Program-made: the position numbers and the translations under genes
The notes under the pieces: generated by a model
Database searches by the model: none
Told to the model about the DNA's origin: nothing
Seen by the model: the letters and a program-made list of their open reading frames with translations, nothing else
Sequence record: NC_052659.1
Source: Escherichia phage nieznany
Strand: one strand, 5' to 3'
DNA length: 64,000 nucleotides
Shown: piece by piece, positions 35,905 to 43,400 of the stretch
Layout: each line of letters opens with the position of its first letter
How positions within the stretch are numbered: position 1 is the stretch's first letter

Positions 35905-36123
35905 ATGCGTAAATTAGTGAGCTTTAATGTTTCAATTCTTGTTGATGAACAAAATGAAGATGTTATTAAAGGTCTTGCAAATAAGATTGCAGGTGGAATG
36001 ACGGAAGCTGAAGTGTGGGAAGAATGTGCTCGACTTTATGAGGAAGGTGTTATTGAGGTCTTGGGGGATGAGATTAATATGGACGATGTTGTAAAAGTAA
36101 CTGTGGAGCGTATCAATGACTAA
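35905..36123 (+). CDS. hypothetical acidic protein (72 aa)
   Basis: TAAGGAG SD. Confidence 0.45.
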   Translation: MRKLVSFNVSILVDEQNEDVIKGLANKIAGGMTEAEVWEECARLYEEGVIEVLGDEINMDDVVKVTVERIND

Positions 36124-36709
36124 ATCAAAACAAATCAATATTGCCAAAGAAATTCTTACCGTATTAAAGATCGCTGATCCTAATTCTGTCTTGGCTGGCG
36201 GTGCTGTTCGTGATTGGCGTATTCTTGATATTGCTGGACGTGATCTGGATTTCTATACATCCCTTCCTGCACATCGGACTGAAGAACAAATACAAGGATT
36301 AATTGCATCTGCTTTAATGGGAACCAATATTCGTAAACTAGGAAACAAAGAGGCTTCTGACAATTATGAAGGTGTTACTGGTCTTAAACACGTTTTTGAG
36401 TTTGAACGTGATGGTCAGCTTTGCAACCTTATGATTATGGAACCAAGCGTAATGACAACCTTTCTAAATGAGTTCGATCTGTCCATCTGCCAGGCTGCAT
36501 TTGATGGGAAGGACTGTTATTATTCTAAAGATTTTGAAACAACCTTGGAAACAGGGATCTGCTTCTTGCACAAAGATGTTAGAGAAGATGCCAAACATGT
36601 TATTAAAATTGCTACACGTTTCCCATATCTTCGTTTTGTGAAAGAGGTTAAGGTTCCACGTCCACCTCAAGTAGATACCAGATTGGAAGAAGATGATATT
36701 CCTTGGTAA
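36116..36709 (+). CDS. minimal Pol-beta-superfamily nucleotidyltransferase (CCA-adding-enzyme-like head domain)
   Basis: LAGGAVRDWRILDIAGRDLDFY carries the GGxVRD...DxD signature of class II tRNA nucleotidyltransferase/poly(A) polymerase heads; C-terminus EEDDIPW. Confidence 0.55.
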   Translation: MTKSKQINIAKEILTVLKIADPNSVLAGGAVRDWRILDIAGRDLDFYTSLPAHRTEEQIQGLIASALMGTNIRKLGNKEASDNYEGVTGLKHVFEFERDGQLCNLMIMEPSVMTTFLNEFDLSICQAAFDGKDCYYSKDFETTLETGICFLHKDVREDAKHVIKIATRFPYLRFVKEVKVPRPPQVDTRLEEDDIPW

Positions 36710-36716
36710 TTAAAGC

Positions 36717-36746
36717 TTGACAATATTAAACATTTTATGATAGGAT
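36717..36746 (+). promoter_or_regulatory. possible sigma70-like promoter (TTGACA-18-TAGGAT)
   Basis: -35 36717-36722, -10 36741-36746; the -10 lies only 8 nt before ATG 36755, implying a leaderless transcript if correct. Confidence 0.3.
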
Positions 36747-36754
36747 AGCATTCA

Positions 36755-37147
36755 ATGACTGAACGTTCTAAGATAGCTGTTGAAACTGTTTATGGAAACT
36801 ATACCAGTTTGACACTAGTTGAGAAAAATGTTGTAGGTCTTGACAACTCTTTTTATTTTCAAATTTTGGTTATTCAAGGTGGAAACAAGAAGCTAACTGC
36901 TCGTGTCGAAACATCTGAAATAATTGAAACCACTGTTACAAACAAAGAATTCATTTCACTGCAAGATACAATCCGAAACGTTATAGACGAAGAAGGCAAA
37001 GCTGCCACAATTAAACTCGGAGGTTTCCCAGTGCAAATAGTTCATTTTCCTAATGGTGAAATTGGAGTTGGAATAGGTAAAGGTAAATACCTGTTAGAGC
37101 AAGATGATATGGAAAGACTCCGCTCTTTCTGTGCAAAATTAATGTAA
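36755..37147 (+). CDS. hypothetical protein (130 aa)
   Basis: ORF without an obvious SD, possibly leaderless. Confidence 0.4.
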   Translation: MTERSKIAVETVYGNYTSLTLVEKNVVGLDNSFYFQILVIQGGNKKLTARVETSEIIETTVTNKEFISLQDTIRNVIDEEGKAATIKLGGFPVQIVHFPNGEIGVGIGKGKYLLEQDDMERLRSFCAKLM

Positions 37148-37163
37148 TGTAGAGGAGATAATA

Positions 37164-38096
37164 ATGTCCGTAATTAATACTGAAACTGATCGTAAAGGCA
37201 AAACCGTAACTTATGCAACTGGTATCGTAGACTACGTCAAACTGGATAAATTCGCTGAACCTAAAACTTTTCATTGGGAAGGAAAAACGATTGTTTCAAC
37301 TCACCGAGCCTCTCTTGTTCTGAAAGAGAAAGGTGCTAAACCAGATGAGAAAGGTGTTTGGATTTCTCTTGGTGACATTGAACTGAAAGAAGGTTATGAA
37401 AACCTGCAAGTCAAAGAAGGTGATAATTGGATCACTATTGAAAAAGGTGTAGAAGTAAGTATTGATATTGATCGCGTTGATAATAAAGGCGGTAAAACTT
37501 ACTACAATACTAAAAAATCTCGTATTACAGTATTGTCTACCGATGGTGTTCAGAAGTCTAACAAATCTTCTGGCAATAAAGGTTCCAACGATGCTGCTCC
37601 TAAGCAGTCCTATAAAAAACGTGATACTGTAGGTCTGGAAACTGGTCACGCAGTAAATGGTGCACTGGAACTGATTCGTAATGGTGTTAAAGGCGATGCT
37701 TTCGATATCGCTGGGGTTGTTCAATCTGCAACTGTCACGCTGAAATCTGAAATTGCTGAATCTCGTGGCGTTGATATTAATGATTATGATCTTGGGGCAT
37801 CTGTTGGTCACGCTATTCTCAATGCTTGTAAAGACCATACCATTAAGACTGTCTCTGTAGAAGATCTGATTGATTCTGCTCGTAAAGTTCTGGCTCTGTC
37901 TGATAAAGTTGCTGCTGCCATTCGTGGTTCCGCAGAACAGCCTAAGAAAGAAGAGAAGAAAGAAGTTAAGAAACCTGAACCACAACCAGAACCAACTCCA
38001 AGTAATCAAGAAGAACCTCCAATGGACTTCGACGATGATATTCCATTTGCCCCTATTGGACTGCAATATGGTCGAAACTTCCTGCATTGCTTCTAA
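37164..38096 (+). CDS. single-stranded DNA-binding protein (T7 gp2.5-like) with SSB-type acidic tail
   Basis: gp2.5-like N-terminus, Gly/Lys-rich linker, acidic tail ..EEPPMDFDDDIPF identical in style to the bacterial SSB C-terminus, followed by a 15-aa extension; GAGGAG SD. Confidence 0.6.
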   Translation: MSVINTETDRKGKTVTYATGIVDYVKLDKFAEPKTFHWEGKTIVSTHRASLVLKEKGAKPDEKGVWISLGDIELKEGYENLQVKEGDNWITIEKGVEVSIDIDRVDNKGGKTYYNTKKSRITVLSTDGVQKSNKSSGNKGSNDAAPKQSYKKRDTVGLETGHAVNGALELIRNGVKGDAFDIAGVVQSATVTLKSEIAESRGVDINDYDLGASVGHAILNACKDHTIKTVSVEDLIDSARKVLALSDKVAAAIRGSAEQPKKEEKKEVKKPEPQPEPTPSNQEEPPMDFDDDIPFAPIGLQYGRNFLHCF

Positions 38097-38562
38097 GGTT
38101 TGTTTCAAGTGTGGGGTGTTAAAGCCCCTCACTGAATTTTACAAACATAAAGCTATGGCTGACGGTCACGTCAATAAATGCAAGGAATGTAATAAGAAAG
38201 ATGTTAAACAGAATCGTAAAGATAAATCTGAATATTACAAAGAGTATGATAAAAACAGAGATCAGACCCCAGAGCGCAAAGCTTTGAAAGAGGCTTACGC
38301 AAAAGGGAAAGGTAAAAATAAGGCCAATGAAGCTAAGAAACGTTACATCGAAAAGAATCCGAAAAAACGTTCTGCTCATATAGCTGTAGGTAACGCACTC
38401 CGAGATGGAAAGTTAGTAAAACAACCTTGCCAAGTGTGTGGGTCTGTTGATGTTCATGCTCATCATTGTGATTATGATAAACCGTTAGATGTTCTATGGC
38501 TGTGTCCTCTACACCATGAGGCTTGGCATCAAGAACATGGTGAAGGATTGAACGCTGAATAA
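38068..38562 (+). CDS. HNH endonuclease (free-standing homing-endonuclease type)
   Basis: CQVCGSVDVHAHHCDYDKPLDVLWLCPLHHEAWH is a canonical HNH/zinc-finger core; likely start ATG 38068 overlapping the 3' end of the SSB ORF. Confidence 0.7.
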   Translation: MVETSCIASKVCFKCGVLKPLTEFYKHKAMADGHVNKCKECNKKDVKQNRKDKSEYYKEYDKNRDQTPERKALKEAYAKGKGKNKANEAKKRYIEKNPKKRSAHIAVGNALRDGKLVKQPCQVCGSVDVHAHHCDYDKPLDVLWLCPLHHEAWHQEHGEGLNAE

Positions 38563-38569
38563 AAGAAAA

Positions 38570-38595
38570 GGGAACCTTTACGGGTTCCCTTTTTT
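38570..38595. terminator. bidirectional rho-independent terminator at the convergence point
   Basis: GGGAACC-TTTACG-GGTTCCC hairpin flanked by an A-tract upstream and TTTTTT downstream; sits between the last rightward gene and the last leftward gene. Confidence 0.65.
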
Positions 38596-38596
38596 A

Positions 38597-41272
38597 TTAG
38601 TCGTAATATTTCAAACCTGTAATGAACTTCGATCCCCAATCCGCACTTGCGGCGGTGAACGTCAACATCCAAGTTGTAGCTGTACCAGTGAAGACCTCTC
38701 GTTGCACAGTACCATCAGTGTGGTAAATGTCCACGCCAGTATGTCCATTCTTAGGAATAGTGAAGGTAACAGCACTGGTAGTGTCTCGTGCATAAGAACA
38801 AACAAATGGTGTCCCCGCCCAAACTGGATTTGTCATATCACCCATCTCAAGCTGTGGAACCCAAGCAATAAGACCTGCCGTACCATCTCCTGCGAAAGTG
38901 TCTGATCCACTTGCATTCAAAGCTATAATCTCATAGGTTATAGATGCTTGTTTGGCAACTGTCACTTTGTGTAGAATTACACGATACCAACCATTCCCCA
39001 TATCGATTATGTTTGCATCTGCACCTGTAAATGTTCCAGCTACAAGATCATAAGTCCCTTCGTTAATCTCATCTCCTGAAGTCAATTTGAGTTTCACTTT
39101 AGTGATCCCGTCTGGCTTCAAGAATACGGATGCCGCCCAGTGCTTACCTGCTGTAATATCAGAAGCTGTATTCACTGCTGATAAAATATGTTGTCCTGAA
39201 GTTGTAGAAGGTGTTAACTTGTAAGTGTTAGCCGTAGTTCCAACCGGAGAGTTGATTGTTGATGCTGTGACTGTCAAGTTCGTCTTCAACCACGGGGAAG
39301 CTGTTGTCAAGTTATTGTTGATAAAGATATGTGTACGGTTGGCTGCTACAACACGTCTACCTTGTGGAGTTGTACCAACATATTCTAAAGGTGCTACGGG
39401 AGCAGAACTCTCTGTAGGTACAAGGATATCTCCAGAAGCCCTGGCATAACGGTTACTCCTGTTGACCTTTACATCCGTTGGAATAGTTTCTTGCGTCAAA
39501 TCATAGTCCATCACAATCACCACAGCATTCACTGCGAGATAAGAACTATCTTCGGCAGTTACCACACCTTGATAAGTTGCTCTACAACCGATACGACAAT
39601 CCCCATCAGCAACCGCTGTAATAACGCCTGTAACGGGGTCAACTGTTGCTACCGTAGGGTCATTAGAGAAATACTCAACAACCATACCAGGTAAGCTTGC
39701 TGCTCCTGTTGGCGTTATTTCTGCTACCATTGTTTGTGTTGTTCCTACATCCATCGCAGATAAGCTAGGGGTGTAAACGCTCAATGTTGAAGCATATCCT
39801 CCAGAGGTATCTGATAAAGTTGTTCCTTCAGCGTTTAAGGCTGTCATACCTGCATCAAAACCACCTTCTGCATGGAAAGTCATTAAACCAGTAGATGATA
39901 TTGTCATGTTTGCAGGGGCAGAAGAAGTGTATTTAATATTGAAAAGTTTACCTCCTTCTGGGCTAACAGAATGTGTCAACTGTTTAGTTCCACCTACAAT
40001 ACAAATTCCTAAAGAATCTGTAGTTAAGTCAGTTGCCAGAATATCACCCGTAATCACGGAGCTTGCTATTGGTGTGAATTTATTATAGTTTAGACCGCTA
40101 TTGAACAGATACGAGGCTTTCCCATCTTTCCAAATACCGGAATAATACATATCTCCATTATAAACGAAAAAGGTTCCTTGATAACCTAATTGGTTAGTAA
40201 CATCCATATTCAGCGTATGAACGCTTGTGAGCTTGTTTATATCCCAGGAACCCACTCCTTCAGGTTTAACTGGTTTTCCCACTTGAAGTGGATCTCCGCT
40301 CGCAGAATCATACCCCAAACCTAAGTTTGCAGTGTAGTTCTTACCAATAGCCCACAAGGAATTATTGATCCCAACGAAAAAAGAGTGGCGGCTTGGTGGA
40401 AATTTCCATGTTGAGAAACCTGCTGCAAAGGTATTCAGTTTAGTATAGGTTGTTTCTGTATTAGATCTAACATATAAGTAGTTTACTGCACCCGTGCCAC
40501 CGGAGGTATCTCCTACAACTATTGTCTGGGAAACTGTATTGATGTAATCTTTGACATACACTGTTTCAGTAGCGGATATCTTGGCATTGACAAAAGCTGT
40601 TGTTGTGTTATTATTACCTGCTAAACCTTTACTAGCTCCACAAACACGCAAGGTTCCCACATTGTTGACATAAGAGCATTGGTTGTAACCTGCATCAAAA
40701 GCAACTGCTGCACTTGTTATCTGACGAGGAGTAGAAACTTCGTTAGTAGTACTTGCACCTAAACTGCCTACTGTGTTTTGACCAGATCCGTAAAGAACAC
40801 CACTATTCATTAACCAGAGAGTGTTGTTATATCCTCCCTTAACCTCTTTAAGATTGGCTAAAGAGATAGTCCCTGTTATTACAGATGGAAAGCTGGTCCA
40901 AGTAGTTACACATGCGTCCGTACCACCTGCTGCTATAGATCCTACCAATCCTGCTGTCAATCCTGAATATTGCCATCCCCCACTGTTAGTTTTAATAACA
41001 AAACAACGATCTGCGGTAAACACATCCGCTACTACAGTAGAAGCTAAGTGGAAATTATTGAATCGTGCACTACGAGTTCCATCTGCAATCTCACCAAAAA
41101 GGTTTGCGCCTTGAGTAAACAATCTACCATCATTAAGCAAAATTGCTAAACTGCTGTTAGAATTACCAGCATTATCTGGGTAATCTAAAGTGATTACTTT
41201 TTTAACAATACCTGCTGGCAGAGGAACGACACCAGTGCTGGTCATAATAGTAAATATTGGAATTGGAAACAT
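38597..41272 (-). CDS. tail fibre protein (891 aa) with Ig-like segment
   Basis: G/T/S/N-rich beta composition, internal BIG2-like stretch (VATVDPVTGVITAVADGDCRI), last gene of the structural operon. Confidence 0.5.
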   Translation of the reverse strand: MFPIPIFTIMTSTGVVPLPAGIVKKVITLDYPDNAGNSNSSLAILLNDGRLFTQGANLFGEIADGTRSARFNNFHLASTVVADVFTADRCFVIKTNSGGWQYSGLTAGLVGSIAAGGTDACVTTWTSFPSVITGTISLANLKEVKGGYNNTLWLMNSGVLYGSGQNTVGSLGASTTNEVSTPRQITSAAVAFDAGYNQCSYVNNVGTLRVCGASKGLAGNNNTTTAFVNAKISATETVYVKDYINTVSQTIVVGDTSGGTGAVNYLYVRSNTETTYTKLNTFAAGFSTWKFPPSRHSFFVGINNSLWAIGKNYTANLGLGYDSASGDPLQVGKPVKPEGVGSWDINKLTSVHTLNMDVTNQLGYQGTFFVYNGDMYYSGIWKDGKASYLFNSGLNYNKFTPIASSVITGDILATDLTTDSLGICIVGGTKQLTHSVSPEGGKLFNIKYTSSAPANMTISSTGLMTFHAEGGFDAGMTALNAEGTTLSDTSGGYASTLSVYTPSLSAMDVGTTQTMVAEITPTGAASLPGMVVEYFSNDPTVATVDPVTGVITAVADGDCRIGCRATYQGVVTAEDSSYLAVNAVVIVMDYDLTQETIPTDVKVNRSNRYARASGDILVPTESSAPVAPLEYVGTTPQGRRVVAANRTHIFINNNLTTASPWLKTNLTVTASTINSPVGTTANTYKLTPSTTSGQHILSAVNTASDITAGKHWAASVFLKPDGITKVKLKLTSGDEINEGTYDLVAGTFTGADANIIDMGNGWYRVILHKVTVAKQASITYEIIALNASGSDTFAGDGTAGLIAWVPQLEMGDMTNPVWAGTPFVCSYARDTTSAVTFTIPKNGHTGVDIYHTDGTVQREVFTGTATTWMLTFTAASADWGSKFITGLKYYD

Positions 41273-41283
41273 TTAAACCCTCC

Positions 41284-41310
41284 ATAAAAAGAAAGCCCCT
41301 TTCGGGGCTT
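41284..41310 (-). terminator. rho-independent terminator (minus strand)
   Basis: GAAGCCCC-GAAA-GGGGCTTTC hairpin then CUUUUUAU on the minus-strand transcript. Confidence 0.5.
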
Positions 41311-41313
41311 CTG

Positions 41314-43338
41314 TTATCGTGTTACAACAACCATGTCCACGATATCACCCACACCAGGATACGTTAATTGCAAAATTGTTACTGCGTTAGCAGTAGTTGC
41401 TATTTCTGTATCATTTAGTGCTCCATAAGACGCATCTAGTGTAACCGTGTGTCCCGTTGTATCTTGAATCAAATAAATCATTGCTGAAAACGCTTTAGGT
41501 TTTGTAGAGCCAGTGACACCAGGCCATGCTCCAACTGTCAGAGCGTCAGTTACTGTAACAACATACATATTGGAAGTTCCAGAAGGAGTCCAAGATGCTC
41601 CAGAGTTGGCAGTAGTTGTTTCAAGTTCCATGAAACCTGCTGTAACTTTAGTTGGTGTTATAGCTTCCGTAGGATCTGATCCTGATATTTCGATCCAGTT
41701 TCCATCAGAACGACCATACGTCAAGCCGTCTTGAGGGGCTTCTGGTATACTAGGAAGAGTTCCTATAAGTGTCCACGTAGAAGAATCTGTTTTCTTAAAC
41801 ACTGCTCCAGTGGTAGTATTGAAGGCGTAATCATTGATAACACCGTCTCCTGCGACTGGATTAGTTGTTGCTACAAACCATTGTGCGCCGTCCTTACCGT
41901 TGGTCCCATTAGTACCATTGGTTCCGTTTGCTCCTGGATCACCTTTCTCACCTTTATCTCCCTTCTCGCCTTTGTCACCTTTAATACTCCCCATGTCAAC
42001 AAAAGATGCGGAATTGGTGTCTTGATCATAAGTATAGATGTAAAGATTACTGGTGTCTTCAGTTAAATAAGCATCGCCATAGTTATTATAAACGGGGAGA
42101 GCTTCTCCATTTGCAACATGACCTTTAGCTGTAATAGATCTACCACCCAAACTACCCACATTGAGCCACGTTTGATTGTCGTCGATCCACACGTAAAGGT
42201 CATTTTTTACAATGTAGGCATCACCAACCTCCGCTACAGACGGTAGTTCTGAAACATCTGACAATTCGCCATTTACAGAAAGACCTGCACCAACCGGACC
42301 TTGGATACCTTGAACACCCTGTTCACCTTGTGGACCAGGATCTCCCTTATCTCCTTTGTCCCCCTTCTCTCCTTTTAAGGAAGCAACAAAATCTACTTCT
42401 GTCCCTTCATTACCAGCATCCAGCCAACTTTGATATGCAGATTTCCCTTCGTCTCCATCTGTTCCATCTAGACCGTCTTTACCTGCCTCACCTTGTGGAC
42501 CTTGAGGACCAACAATATTACCCATGTTGACCCAAGCTGTCCCATTAGAGACATAAAGATTGCCATTGATAGAATAAGCTTGGCTTACGTTTTCAGAGTT
42601 AGGTTGTGGTAAGTTACTTGTAGAAGGCAAATCCCCACGATAATCAAAACCGTTGGCGTTAACACCAGGTGCTCCCTGTGGCCCTGTAGGACCAACATCG
42701 CCTTTATCGCCTTTTATAGAGGTAAGAAAATCATAAACAGACCCTGTATTACCATCTGCCAACCATACCTCGTAAGCTGATTTACCTTCTGGCCCAAGAG
42801 AAGAAATAAGTTTCCAAACAGAACCATCCCAAGCGTAAATCACATCACCTACAATATAACCATCCCCTGCAACGTTACCTGTAGATGGTAGTTCACTAGT
42901 GCTTGCTAATGATCCTTTAATATTAAGTTGAGCACCAGTATCCCCTTTCAAAGAGGCAAGCCATTGTGCTTCTGTTCCAACAAAACCATTATCAAGTGCG
43001 ATCTGATAAGCCGATTTACCAGCTTCAGGTATTGTTTCCGACAGATCATCAATCTGTTGCTGCACTGCCGTAAACTTGGCATTGATAATTGCTATATCAT
43101 CAGCGGTCCCAACACTTTGCCATGCAAGGGAAGAAATACCACCTGTGGTGGCTGGCGTAGAGTTTGCTGGAACTACTTTAGGAAAAGTTCCTTTCCATTG
43201 GTAATAATTCCCTTCTGCTGCTAACAGCAAAACTTCACGGGAATTACGTAATGTAAAACCTGCCTCAAAGCTGCGACGTTTTCGATAAGTAGCTTCTACC
43301 AGATCGGCTATCGCACTATTAGGTCTTGTTAAATTCAT
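41314..43338 (-). CDS. tail fibre protein with collagen-like Gly-X-Y tracts and triplicated fibre repeats
   Basis: Four Gly-X-Y tracts (e.g. GDKGEKGDKGEKGDPGANGTNGTNGTNGKDG) and three copies of GKSAY..WL..G..G.E..F..SLKG, the lambda-Stf-type phage tail fibre repeat. Confidence 0.65.
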   Translation of the reverse strand: MNLTRPNSAIADLVEATYRKRRSFEAGFTLRNSREVLLLAAEGNYYQWKGTFPKVVPANSTPATTGGISSLAWQSVGTADDIAIINAKFTAVQQQIDDLSETIPEAGKSAYQIALDNGFVGTEAQWLASLKGDTGAQLNIKGSLASTSELPSTGNVAGDGYIVGDVIYAWDGSVWKLISSLGPEGKSAYEVWLADGNTGSVYDFLTSIKGDKGDVGPTGPQGAPGVNANGFDYRGDLPSTSNLPQPNSENVSQAYSINGNLYVSNGTAWVNMGNIVGPQGPQGEAGKDGLDGTDGDEGKSAYQSWLDAGNEGTEVDFVASLKGEKGDKGDKGDPGPQGEQGVQGIQGPVGAGLSVNGELSDVSELPSVAEVGDAYIVKNDLYVWIDDNQTWLNVGSLGGRSITAKGHVANGEALPVYNNYGDAYLTEDTSNLYIYTYDQDTNSASFVDMGSIKGDKGEKGDKGEKGDPGANGTNGTNGTNGKDGAQWFVATTNPVAGDGVINDYAFNTTTGAVFKKTDSSTWTLIGTLPSIPEAPQDGLTYGRSDGNWIEISGSDPTEAITPTKVTAGFMELETTTANSGASWTPSGTSNMYVVTVTDALTVGAWPGVTGSTKPKAFSAMIYLIQDTTGHTVTLDASYGALNDTEIATTANAVTILQLTYPGVGDIVDMVVVTR
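41891..41979 (-). repeat. triplet-periodic (GGN-NNN-NNN) collagen-like coding repeat
   Basis: Visible on the plus strand as CACCTTTCTCACCTTTATCTCCCTTCTCGCCTTTGTCACC; similar tracts near 42297-42372, 42455-42510 and 42670-42725. Confidence 0.6.
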
Positions 43339-43400
43339 TTATCTCTCCTATCATTAGACCATTCTATTGGAAGAAGAGGGGGGAATCCCCCTCTATTCCA

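Noticed and set aside
37296-38132. 278-aa minus-strand ORF
   Set aside because: Antisense to the SSB gene; low-complexity Phe/Asn/Ile-rich translation; spurious
41891-42725. Triplet-periodic repeats as a CRISPR array or non-coding tandem repeat
   Set aside because: They are in frame within the fibre gene and encode Gly-X-Y collagen-like tracts; no spacer-repeat architecture
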